Source: Minisyncoccota bacterium (lineage in GTDB: Bacteria; Patescibacteriota; Minisyncoccia; Phycocordibacterales; UBA9973). From it: a DNA stretch of 64,000 nt. Numbering within the stretch: position 1 is the stretch's first letter; each line of letters begins with the position of its first letter. The position numbers were made by a program, and so were the translations under genes. Location of the stretch: NCBI GenBank assembly GCA_041659785.1, contig JBAZXO010000001.1, forward strand, positions 19,795 to 83,794, in the 5' to 3' direction. Of the stretch, positions 46,872 through 55,344 are shown one piece after another. The notes beneath the pieces were generated by a model. The model searched no databases. It saw only the letters and a list, made by a program, of their open reading frames with translations, and was not told the origin of the DNA.

Positions 46872-47478
46872 ATTGTCTATTTTTTAGGGCGTTTTTGAGT
46901 GTGTCGTTGTCAGAATATTCTAGTTCTGTGCCAGTAGAGAGGCCTTTGCCTAGAGAGGATATTTTTATATTATTTTTTTCAGCTATGTCTTTAATTTGTT
47001 CGCGGACATATTGATCAGTGTGGTCACCCTGGGGGCTTATTGAAAATGCTAAAATTATTTCTTTTATATCATTACTGGATGAAATTTTCTTTTTTAATTC
47101 TTCAATGCGAACGCGGCTCTTGGTAGTTTTCTCGACGATAGGCACGAGTCCACCTAGGATAAAATATTTTCCATGATAGATGCCACTTTTCCTAATGCTT
47201 TCAAAATCAGAATCTTTTTCTACGATCATGAGGGTGGACGGGTCAGTATTTACCCCAGAACAAATCTCACAAATCTTCTCATCCTTTTTCAATATGAAAA
47301 ATCTAAAGCATTCTTTACATTGAGCCACATCCTTTTTTAATTCTAAAATAAATTTAGATAAATTTTCACTATAAGCAGGATTTCGAGACATTAAGAAATA
47401 AACAAAGCGCCTTGCTTGGCGTTCACCAATACCAGGGAATTCTTTAAAAACTTCAGTTAATTTTTCTATGATGTCCAT
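46870..47478 (-). CDS. recR: recombination protein RecR
   Basis: HhH N-terminus, CxxC...CxxC zinc finger, Toprim domain. Confidence 0.85.
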   Translation of the reverse strand: MDIIEKLTEVFKEFPGIGERQARRFVYFLMSRNPAYSENLSKFILELKKDVAQCKECFRFFILKKDEKICEICSGVNTDPSTLMIVEKDSDFESIRKSGIYHGKYFILGGLVPIVEKTTKSRVRIEELKKKISSSNDIKEIILAFSISPQGDHTDQYVREQIKDIAEKNNIKISSLGKGLSTGTELEYSDNDTLKNALKNRQ

Positions 47479-47495
47479 GTTTGGTTATTATATAC

Positions 47496-47545
47496 CCCCT
47501 CCGCCTTTGGCACCTCCCCCTTATTAAGGGGGAGGAAGGGTGGGG
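47496..47545. repeat. perfect 23-nt palindrome cctcccccttattaagggggagg (family B), flanked by ccgcctttgg and an aagggtgggggtga tail, between recR and dnaB
   Basis: Read directly. Confidence 0.75.
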
Positions 47546-47550
47546 GTGAC

Positions 47551-48945
47551 TTAGAACTCATCTAAGTCACCACTAATCTTCGAAGGGGCAAATTCACTCA
47601 AGCTGCTCTTTTCGAGGTTTAAGAAGGTTGTAGTTTTTTCATCGAAGTAGAGGTCTACTTTTCCAGTTGGTCCATTTCTATGTTTCTCGATTAATATTTC
47701 TGCAATGTTTGTCTTTTCGGATTCATCTTTTCCTTTATCTTCTCGGTGAATAAACATCACGACGTCCGCGTCTTGTTCGATAGATCCTGAATCTCGAAGG
47801 TCGGAGAGTCTAGGTTTGCCACCACGAGACTCCACAGCACGAGAGAGCTGAGAAAGCGCAAGGACGGGGACATCTAATTCTTTTGCTAAAGACTTAAGAG
47901 ATCTAGAAATTTCTGTGACTTGGTTTACCATTGAGTCATAATTTTTCGAAGTAGTCATGAGCTGTAAGTAGTCGACGACGATAAGATCAAGCCCTTTTTC
48001 AGCCTTTAGTCTGCGAGAGAGAGCTTTCATTTTAACGATTGAGTTTCCAGGTTGATCGTCGATAAAGATTTGAGCTTTTGCGAGTTTGTCCAATGAATCT
48101 CGAAGTTGTGAAAATTCATGGTCTGATGATAAGCGTCCGGTACGTAAGTTCCATGCATTCACGCGTGACTCAGCAGAGAGCATTCTGTCTACGAGTTGCT
48201 GTGAAGACATTTCTAGAGAAAATATTAATATGGATTTCTCATGAAGTACTCCAGACATGCGGGCGATGTCTAGGGCGAGAGTAGTCTTACCCATACTTGG
48301 CCTTGCCGCTAAGATAATTAAGTCGGACTTTTGCAGACCAGAGAGCATCGTGTCTAATTCTTTGAAGCCAGTAGCGAGTCCGCGAAGCATGCCTTTCGTC
48401 TCGTGTAATTTTTCTAGACGTTCATAGGCTTCAGGCAGAGCATCTTTCAAGTTTACGTATTTTTGATTTTTAGGACTGGAGACCACACTAAAAATTTTCT
48501 TTTCTGCCATGTCTAAAATATCGTCCATGTGATCATCACCTTCTTCGAAAGCGAGTTCTGAGACATAGTCCGCTGCTTCGATCAAACTTCTGAGGACATA
48601 TTTTTTCTGTACTATATCTGCATAGTGTTTTATGTTTGTGGAAGAGGGGACGACGTTTACAATCTCCGCCAAATATTGATTCCCACCGACAGCTTCGAGG
48701 AGCTTCTGTTCACTTAATTTTGTAGAGAGTGAAAGCATATCTATCGGTTCATTCTTTACGGAGAGGTCAAGCATCGCTTGGAAAATTTTCTTGTGTTTTT
48801 CTACATAGAAAGAGTCTGAAGTTATCATGTCTTCAACTTCATGCATTGCATCTTTACGAAGCATGATAGAACCTAGGACAGCTTGTTCGGAGGGAATACT
48901 TTGTGGAGGGATACGTAAATTACTATTTTTTATAACTTTTACCAT
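47551..48945 (-). CDS. dnaB: replicative DNA helicase DnaB
   Basis: N-terminal DnaB domain; Walker A ARPSMGKTTLALD; H2-H4 motifs; no intein. Confidence 0.9.
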   Translation of the reverse strand: MVKVIKNSNLRIPPQSIPSEQAVLGSIMLRKDAMHEVEDMITSDSFYVEKHKKIFQAMLDLSVKNEPIDMLSLSTKLSEQKLLEAVGGNQYLAEIVNVVPSSTNIKHYADIVQKKYVLRSLIEAADYVSELAFEEGDDHMDDILDMAEKKIFSVVSSPKNQKYVNLKDALPEAYERLEKLHETKGMLRGLATGFKELDTMLSGLQKSDLIILAARPSMGKTTLALDIARMSGVLHEKSILIFSLEMSSQQLVDRMLSAESRVNAWNLRTGRLSSDHEFSQLRDSLDKLAKAQIFIDDQPGNSIVKMKALSRRLKAEKGLDLIVVDYLQLMTTSKNYDSMVNQVTEISRSLKSLAKELDVPVLALSQLSRAVESRGGKPRLSDLRDSGSIEQDADVVMFIHREDKGKDESEKTNIAEILIEKHRNGPTGKVDLYFDEKTTTFLNLEKSSLSEFAPSKISGDLDEF

Positions 48946-49036
48946 GAAGCCATTCTAGCACGGCAGAATAATTGTCAAAGTCGAAAAGTGGGCAAAGATG
49001 TTACTAAAATGTGGACAATTATGATAATATATAAAT

Positions 49037-49987
49037 ATGTCTAAAAAAGTCTTTTTGTCGGGTGTTCAGCCATCTGGAAAACCCCATATTGGTAATTATT
49101 TTGGAGCAATGAAGCAGTTTGTCGATTTGCAAAATGAGCATGAAGGTTATGTTTTTATTGCAGATTATCATGCTATGCATTCGTTGCGGAATCCAAAGGA
49201 GATGAATGAAAATATAAAAAGCGTTTTGCTTGATTATTTAGCTATTGGACTCGATCCTGAAAAAGTAACATTTTTTAAACAAAGTGATATTTCTGAACAC
49301 ACTGAACTCGCTTGGATTTTCGATACTATTACAACTATGCCATTTTTAATGCGAGCTCACGCTTTCAAAGATGCGCAAGCAAAAAATAAAGAAATTGATG
49401 TGGGTACTTTCAATTATCCAGTATTAATGGCTGCGGATATTTTGATGTATGGTCCAGACATGGTGCCAGTAGGAGCCGATCAAAAACAACACGTAGAAAT
49501 TGCTCGTGACATAGCAGAAAAATTTAACAATGTTTATGGAGATACCTTCAAGCTTCCTGAGCCAATGATATTGAAAGATGTCGCAATTGTGCCAGGTACT
49601 GATGGACGAAAGATGAGTAAGAGCTACAACAACACTATTCCACTCTTTGCAGAATATGAAGAAATAAAAAAGTGTGTGATGAGTATTGTCACAGACTCTA
49701 GTGGGGAGCTTCCAGTGAATGTATATGCTATCCACAAGCTTGTCCGTCCTGAAAGTGAATTAAAGAAAATTTATGAAGAGAAGGCTGGTAAGTACAAAGA
49801 GCTTAAAGAAATTTTAATAGAAGATTTAGAGAAATTTATCGCACCACTCCGCGAAAAAAGAAAAGAATTTGAAAAAGATATTCCTAAAGCACTTGCAATC
49901 CTAAAAGCTGGTGGTGAAAAAGCAAAAAAAGTCGCCTCCACAAAGATGGAAGAAGTCCGTGAAAAGGTTGGAGTAAACGTTTACTAA
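49037..49987 (+). CDS. trpS: tryptophanyl-tRNA synthetase
   Basis: GVQPSGKPHIGNYFGA (HIGH-like), KMSKS, 316 aa. Confidence 0.9.
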   Translation: MSKKVFLSGVQPSGKPHIGNYFGAMKQFVDLQNEHEGYVFIADYHAMHSLRNPKEMNENIKSVLLDYLAIGLDPEKVTFFKQSDISEHTELAWIFDTITTMPFLMRAHAFKDAQAKNKEIDVGTFNYPVLMAADILMYGPDMVPVGADQKQHVEIARDIAEKFNNVYGDTFKLPEPMILKDVAIVPGTDGRKMSKSYNNTIPLFAEYEEIKKCVMSIVTDSSGELPVNVYAIHKLVRPESELKKIYEEKAGKYKELKEILIEDLEKFIAPLREKRKEFEKDIPKALAILKAGGEKAKKVASTKMEEVREKVGVNVY

Positions 49988-50111
49988 GGCTTGTTTTTTC
50001 TTGAATATATGACATAATAATGTATTCCTAGATGGAATGATTTTTGCCCTTCGTCAACTAAATATTAACTGATCCGGCAGCCCCGGAAACACATAAAAAA
50101 GGAGAAGTCCT

Positions 50112-50300
50112 ATGAATCAGCAACCTTGGCAAACCTGTAAAGTTTTAATAGTGCCCTCTGGAATGGCCTTATTTGATCTTCCTTTGTGTATCATTGAGCC
50201 TTTCGGTCACGAAGAACTTAATGATAAAGGACCCCCTATTCTTATTAAAGAAAGTTGTGATGGGTTGTGGCATTATTATCCACCCCCAAATTTCGTTTAA
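50112..50300 (+). CDS. small hypothetical protein (62 aa) in a GC-richer islet, preceded by an SD and a conserved leader motif
   Basis: aaggag, 7 nt, ATG. The upstream tccggcagccccggaaacac motif is repeated before the next ORF. Confidence 0.4.
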   Translation: MNQQPWQTCKVLIVPSGMALFDLPLCIIEPFGHEELNDKGPPILIKESCDGLWHYYPPPNFV

Positions 50301-50345
50301 TAAAACTGCTCCGGCAGTCCCCGGACACAAGAAAGAAGGTGTGTC

Positions 50346-50693
50346 ATGAAGGTAAATCCAAAGAAAAGACAAAAAAATATATTGGATTTTTGGTGGTGGA
50401 TAAGCATGTGGTTAAATACGGCAGATTGTGTACCCAACATGGGTGAGCTAACTGTACCCTCTCGTATTTTTTATCTCCCATGCGGATGCATGAGGAGGTA
50501 CAGGAGCGATCCAAGCTTCCGCCTTTTCTACCAGAATGGGCAATGGGTACATTATTGCCCTCACAATAATGAGATTCCCAACAAGGGTCGCGGAACTCCA
50601 ATGATTCCACCAGAGAAGGCTCCTCAAGCAGAGATCAGGAATCCCTATCCTCGTATCCTTGATCATCTCGATCTTCCCATCGATGACATCTAA
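50346..50693 (+). CDS. small hypothetical Cys/His-containing protein (115 aa)
   Basis: gaaggtg SD, then ATG. Upstream motif tccggcagtccccggacacaag. Cys residues in CVP, CGC and HYCPH contexts. Confidence 0.4.
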   Translation: MKVNPKKRQKNILDFWWWISMWLNTADCVPNMGELTVPSRIFYLPCGCMRRYRSDPSFRLFYQNGQWVHYCPHNNEIPNKGRGTPMIPPEKAPQAEIRNPYPRILDHLDLPIDDI

Positions 50694-50695
50694 AC

Positions 50696-51088
50696 GTGTT
50701 CGGCGTTTTCCGAATAATGGGAAGAGAGCCCAGCAACTCTCACGAACAAGAGGTTCCAATGCAAGAGAAACCTTTTACTCCTTTAACCCCAGTTGAATCC
50801 GAGAATTGGCTCAAAGAACATGCCGGTTCATGGAGGAGATTCCTGACAGTACCGCGAGGATTCGTTTTCTCGTGTTGTGGAGAGGTAAAGGGGGTTGGCA
50901 ACAACCACGAAGAGGACATCATCAAAGCCAAAGATGGATGGGTTCACAAAACTTCCAAATGTCGGGAAATTATCCTAATGGGATATCCGGCAGTGATGGA
51001 CAAAGAGTCCAATTTCCGTCGTTGGCAGATTGAAGAAGTAAGAAAAAAAATTCGTCGAGAAGAAAGGCGCCCTTATTTTGGCGGATAA
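50696..51088 (+). CDS. small hypothetical protein (130 aa), basic C-terminus; the start could be GTG 50696 or ATG 50717
   Basis: Directly follows the previous stop and is followed by a strong terminator; about 47% GC. Confidence 0.35.
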   Translation: MFGVFRIMGREPSNSHEQEVPMQEKPFTPLTPVESENWLKEHAGSWRRFLTVPRGFVFSCCGEVKGVGNNHEEDIIKAKDGWVHKTSKCREIILMGYPAVMDKESNFRRWQIEEVRKKIRREERRPYFGG

Positions 51089-51108
51089 CCTTCTAGAAAT
51101 TGATCACA

Positions 51109-51143
51109 AGCGGACGTTCCCAGGAACGCCCGCTTATTTTTTT
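51109..51143 (+). terminator. strong rho-independent terminator closing the three-ORF islet
   Basis: aagcggacgttcc-cagg-aacgcccgctt hairpin, then a T7 run. Confidence 0.75.
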
Positions 51144-51186
51144 CTCTATTTTTATTTTTTGTTTTATGTTAAAATATTTCAGTACT

Positions 51187-51252
51187 TGTCCCGTTAGAAA
51201 TTCAACGGACATGTCATAATAAATGGGTTTATTAGTTTAAATTTCTAATGGG
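51187..51252 (+). promoter_or_regulatory. structured leader: cccgttagaaatt (51190-51202) pairs with aatttctaatggg (51240-51252) right up to the aspS ATG; a competing local hairpin is gtcccgtt/aacggac
   Basis: Read directly. The same cccgttagaa / ttctaacggg-ATG arrangement occurs before murG (63558-63672). Confidence 0.55.
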
Positions 51253-52593
51253 ATGAAAAATCGTATTTATATTAAGGACTTGAAGGACAATGTCGGCAAG
51301 GAAATCATCATAGCTGGATGGGTAGACGTCAGGCGTGATCAGGGTAAAATGGTATTTTTTGATATGCGAGACATGACGGGTAGGGTTCAGTGTGTTGTAT
51401 TACCTAGCCATATAGAAGCTATTGAAAAAGCAAAAGAAGTAAGGCTCGAATGGGTTCTCAAAATGACAGGAGTAGTAAACAAACGCCCAGAGAAAAATAT
51501 TAAACAAGGTGTATTAAATGGCGACATTGAACTCGAAGTTTTAAATATAGAAATTCTAGGAGAAGCTGCACCACTTCCTTTTGATATGTCTTTAGATGGA
51601 TACAATCTGGACTTGGTCACAGAGTTAGATAATCGCGCGCTCGTTTTACGTCATCCGAAAGTTCAAGCAGTTTTCAAGGTTCAAGAAACGATTATAGATT
51701 CTTTTAGAGAATTTATGAAACAAAATTTATTTTTTGAATTTCAAGCTCCATCCATTACGCCCGCAGTGGCCGAAGGTGGAAGTGAAGTTTTCCAAATTGA
51801 TTATTTTGATAAAAAGGCATATTTGACTCAATCTCCTCAGCTTTACAAGCAAATCGTGATGACTGCTTTTGAGAGAGTTTTTTCTGTTAATAAAATTTTC
51901 CGCGCTGAACCAAGCGCTACTACGAGACATTTGACGGAAGTTGTCTCTCTAGATGCCGAGATGGCATTTATCGATGGATGGGAAGATGTTCGCGATATGG
52001 CAGAAGGAACTGTGAGGTTTATTTTAGAAAAAGTAAAAGAGAAAAATTCTGAACACTTAAAACTCTTAAAAGCAGAACTTCCAGTGATGATAGAAAAGAC
52101 ACCGACACTTTCTTTAGTGGAGGCACAACAAAAAATATTTGAGAACTTTAATCGTGATGTAAGGGGAGAAAAAGACCTAAATGCACAAGATGAGAGGGAA
52201 ATCTGTGAAATTATAAAAAAAGAAACAGGTTCTGATTTTGTTTTCGTTTACGGTTATCCAACAATGAAAAAGCCTTTTTATGTTTATCCAAATCCAGAAA
52301 ATCCAGAATTCAACGAAGGAGTGGACTTACTCTGTCGTGGACTAGAATGGCTCTCTGGTGGACGCAGAATAAATAAATATGATCAGCTGATGGAACATGT
52401 GAAGTTATGGAAGATGGATCCAAATAAAATTAAAATGTTTTTAGAAGCATTTAAATACGGTGTTCCACCTGAAGGTGGTTTTGCTTTTGGATCTGAGCGT
52501 ATTACTATGCAGCTTTTAGGACTTAAAAACGTTCGCGAAGCTTCAATGTTCCCCAGAGACATGGAGAGAATAGATGAAAGATTTTCAATTTAA
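51253..52593 (+). CDS. aspS: class IIb aspartyl-tRNA synthetase (archaeal/eukaryal-type; possibly non-discriminating)
   Basis: N-terminal OB fold; motif-2 FRAEPSATTRHLTEVVSLDAEMAF; QSPQLYKQ; motif-3 GFAFGSERITMQLLGL..FPRD; 446 aa. Confidence 0.75.
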   Translation: MKNRIYIKDLKDNVGKEIIIAGWVDVRRDQGKMVFFDMRDMTGRVQCVVLPSHIEAIEKAKEVRLEWVLKMTGVVNKRPEKNIKQGVLNGDIELEVLNIEILGEAAPLPFDMSLDGYNLDLVTELDNRALVLRHPKVQAVFKVQETIIDSFREFMKQNLFFEFQAPSITPAVAEGGSEVFQIDYFDKKAYLTQSPQLYKQIVMTAFERVFSVNKIFRAEPSATTRHLTEVVSLDAEMAFIDGWEDVRDMAEGTVRFILEKVKEKNSEHLKLLKAELPVMIEKTPTLSLVEAQQKIFENFNRDVRGEKDLNAQDEREICEIIKKETGSDFVFVYGYPTMKKPFYVYPNPENPEFNEGVDLLCRGLEWLSGGRRINKYDQLMEHVKLWKMDPNKIKMFLEAFKYGVPPEGGFAFGSERITMQLLGLKNVREASMFPRDMERIDERFSI

Positions 52594-52923
52594 ATGAACT
52601 ATATAATTAGGGGTATCGTTGTGCACGGAGATGGATATGGTAAAAAGATTGGTTTTCCAACGACGAATTTAGAAGTAAAAGATCAAGTAATTCCTAAGTC
52701 TGGAGTGTACGCAGGCGAGGCCATTTTAGAGGATAAGAAATATCGAGCTGGGATTGTAATAGGACCAGGAGATAAAGTTGAAGCTCATTTGATAGGTTAT
52801 GCTGGGGATGCATATGGAAAATCTGTAACTCTAGAGATTGAAAAATTTATTAGAGAATTCAAAAAGTTTGAAACAGAAGAGGAGTTAATATTACAAATTA
52901 AAAAAGATATAGATTTATGTTAA
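52594..52923 (+). CDS. stand-alone riboflavin kinase (flavokinase) domain protein
   Basis: GIVVHGDGYGKKIGFPTTNLE matches the RFK signature G.V..G.g.Gr.lGfPTaN. Confidence 0.65.
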   Translation: MNYIIRGIVVHGDGYGKKIGFPTTNLEVKDQVIPKSGVYAGEAILEDKKYRAGIVIGPGDKVEAHLIGYAGDAYGKSVTLEIEKFIREFKKFETEEELILQIKKDIDLC

Positions 52924-53837
52924 AAAATTATTCAGGACCAATGTTTATTATTATCGCAGCGTTACTCTGGGCCTTCGATGGGCTTATACGCCAGCATTTG
53001 TACACACTTCCACCAATTACCATAATTTTCTTTGAGCATTTGATTGGTTTGATTGTTTTGTCTCCATTTGTTTTTAAATATGTTTTAAGTACAAAGCTTA
53101 CCAAGAGAGATTGGTGGCTCGCTATACTCATAGCTATCTTGAGTGGGCTTTTCGGGACATTATGGTTTACAACGGCGCTTGGCAAGGTTCATTTTATTTC
53201 TATATCAGTAGTATTTCTCTTACAAAAACTTCAGCCAATATTTGCCATAACTACTGCCAGAATATTTTTGAAAGAAAAGTTCGACAAGAGATATATCAAA
53301 TGGGCGCTCCTCGCAATACTCTCAGCATATTTCGTAACTTTTCCAAATGGTGTAGTAAATTTAAAAACAGGTGAGGGGACTATCGTGGCAGCATTGTATG
53401 CTCTCGGTGCAGCATTTGCTTGGGGATCTTCGACTACATTTTCTAAAATGCTTCTAGGGAAAGTAGATTTTAAAGTCGGTACTTTTTATAGATTCTTGTT
53501 TACCGTAATCATCGCTTTACCTCTTTTACTTTTATTCGGGGGCTCTGTCGGAGCAGGTGTAGCAATGCCCTCCATGTCTCAATTTGGCTTCTTGTTACTT
53601 ATTGCTGTTTCTACTGGTATGCTGGCGCTTCTTATTTATTACAAAGGTCTTTCAAAAACACCCGTACATATCTCAACCATCTTGGAGCTCACATTTCCTT
53701 TCGTAGCTATTTTGTTAGACTTCATTGTAAACCATACAATACTTTCGACTTCTCAATGGATAGCTGCCTTAGTTCTCGTATTTAGTATTTACAAGATTGC
53801 ACAGTTACGAGAAGACCAAAATAATTTAGTAGATTAA
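52917..53837 (+). CDS. EamA/DMT-family transporter (10 TM)
   Basis: Two internally repeated 5-TM halves, and hydrophobicity. Confidence 0.65.
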   Translation: MLKNYSGPMFIIIAALLWAFDGLIRQHLYTLPPITIIFFEHLIGLIVLSPFVFKYVLSTKLTKRDWWLAILIAILSGLFGTLWFTTALGKVHFISISVVFLLQKLQPIFAITTARIFLKEKFDKRYIKWALLAILSAYFVTFPNGVVNLKTGEGTIVAALYALGAAFAWGSSTTFSKMLLGKVDFKVGTFYRFLFTVIIALPLLLLFGGSVGAGVAMPSMSQFGFLLLIAVSTGMLALLIYYKGLSKTPVHISTILELTFPFVAILLDFIVNHTILSTSQWIAALVLVFSIYKIAQLREDQNNLVD

Positions 53838-53839
53838 TT

Positions 53840-54169
53840 ATGTCAGATTTATTAAAGAAAAAATGTGTACCATGCGAAGGAGGAATGATGCCTTTAAGTC
53901 GTGCTGATATGCAAGATTACTTAGATGAAGTTTCTGGATGGACCTTGGACGGTGATGCTAAAAAAATTTTTAAAGAATTTAAATTTCAGGACTTTATTGG
54001 AGCAATAAATTTTGTAGAGCGCGTGGCTGATGTGGCAGAAATGGAAGAACACCATCCAGATATACAAATACACTACAATAAAGTATTACTTGAGCTCACT
54101 ACCCATGCGATAGGTGGTCTTTCTGAGAATGACTTTATCCTCGCAGCTAAAATCGACGCACATAATTAA
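53840..54169 (+). CDS. pterin-4a-carbinolamine dehydratase (PCD/DCoH)
   Basis: ..CVPCEGG..GW.. and EEHHPDIQIHYNKVLLELTTHAIGGLSENDFILAAKID. Confidence 0.75.
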   Translation: MSDLLKKKCVPCEGGMMPLSRADMQDYLDEVSGWTLDGDAKKIFKEFKFQDFIGAINFVERVADVAEMEEHHPDIQIHYNKVLLELTTHAIGGLSENDFILAAKIDAHN

Positions 54170-54253
54170 AATAAAAATGGCGAGCCGTATAACGACCCAC
54201 CATTTTTTTTGCGCTTACTAGACGCGATGTTAGTAACCGTACTCTAGGTATCT

Positions 54254-54574
54254 TTAGTGTTCGTAAGGAATCCCAATAACAAACCATGCTACTCCCTCAG
54301 ATAAAAATTGGAGTTGGCATTTTGTTCGGTCTTCCTCATCAAACCATGAAGAATTACATTGCTGGATTTGGTTGATGTTGGTGAAAATCCATAATTCTTC
54401 ATAATCAGCTAGCCATTGAATATATTCTTCGAAGCGAGAGAAAACTTCATTTCCAAGTATTTCTCTTAAATCATTGAATATCTGCATGTTGACAATTTCT
54501 CCCGTTTTTTTCCACATACTTAGTGTTTGTTCTTTTGTGAGTTCCATCGAACTTCTCCCATTTTTAAAAAACAA
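54254..54574 (-). CDS. hypothetical protein
   Basis: ORF only. Confidence 0.3.
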   Translation of the reverse strand: MFFKNGRSSMELTKEQTLSMWKKTGEIVNMQIFNDLREILGNEVFSRFEEYIQWLADYEELWIFTNINQIQQCNSSWFDEEDRTKCQLQFLSEGVAWFVIGIPYEH

Positions 54575-54660
54575 TTAAACACTACATTAAAATGGTAAGT
54601 GTATTACCATAGCGTTTCAAAGGTAGAACGCAAAACCTTTATTTATCCCACAGATGTATT

Positions 54661-54861
54661 TTAGTGTCCATCGACTGGCCAATCACCATACGGTCCCAGT
54701 TTTTTATTTTCTTTTATTAGAGCCCTTCTTGATATTTCGTCCATGATAATTTTTTGAATGATTGCTCTCCAATAGTGTTCCCAACCATTAATTAGTTTAA
54801 AAAGTTCTGCAACTTTTTCTTTCGTTAGACACACATCATTATTTTTTGGATTTAGCATCAT
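54661..54861 (-). CDS. hypothetical small protein
   Basis: ORF only. Confidence 0.25.
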   Translation of the reverse strand: MMLNPKNNDVCLTKEKVAELFKLINGWEHYWRAIIQKIIMDEISRRALIKENKKLGPYGDWPVDGH

Positions 54862-54990
54862 GGACTCCTTTTTTAAAGAACAATTTTACTCTGATGACGA
54901 GTAGTCATGTGTTGTGGGGGACAACACAAAACCCCTTCCAGCTTAGGAAGGGGTTAGTTTCAAAAAATAATTTTCAAAATAATTATCGAC

Positions 54991-55317
54991 TCAAAGTAAC
55001 CCTTTCCTAAGTTGGGAAGAGCTATGGTGCTTTGATAATTTATTTAAGATTAAACGATATCCGCCGATTGGACCTTTTAGCCATTTTGCTATACGAGCAA
55101 TCGTAGTAGAAGATAATCCAGTTTTCTCAATAATTGCATTATATTGCACATCTTTGGAAAGAAGTGTTGCCGCTTCTAGCCTGTTAGAAAGTTCCTTGAT
55201 TTCTTTTTCAGTCATAATATCACGAAGAAATCGTTTAGTTTCATCGATGTTTTCTAGGATCAAAAATGCTTGAATTAGTCTTTTGTTTTCATTTGTACCC
55301 CAATCAATTTCTTTCAT
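54991..55317 (-). CDS. TrpR-family (YerC/YecD-like) DNA-binding protein
   Basis: ..EIKELSNRLEAATLLSKDVQYNAIIEKTGLSSTTIARIAKWLKGPIGGY resembles Trp_repressor-family YerC. Confidence 0.55.
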   Translation of the reverse strand: MKEIDWGTNENKRLIQAFLILENIDETKRFLRDIMTEKEIKELSNRLEAATLLSKDVQYNAIIEKTGLSSTTIARIAKWLKGPIGGYRLILNKLSKHHSSSQLRKGLL

Positions 55318-55344
55318 ATATCAACTTTAGCAAAGTAAAGTTCT

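Noticed and set aside
50169-51033. Multiple overlapping minus-strand and alternative-frame ORFs (50169-50372, 50344-50610, 50448-50759, 50740-50931, 50806-51033)
   Set aside because: They are long because local GC is high. Only the plus-strand set has SD-ATG starts and a following intrinsic terminator, so these are treated as non-coding shadows.
51067-51086. Third occurrence of ggcggataa (also at 1462-1470 and 30801-30809) as another family A copy
   Set aside because: Here it is simply the end of the ORF (..PYFGG*) without a matching inverted arm. It is probably coincidental.
50051-51143. Possibility that the GC-rich 1.1 kb segment is a structured RNA (RNase P RNA, tmRNA, SRP RNA)
   Set aside because: I could not find the conserved P4/CR-I (GGAAAGUCCGGGC), the tmRNA T-arm/acceptor end, or the SRP domain IV motifs by eye. 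The coding interpretation is kept but flagged for a covariance-model check.
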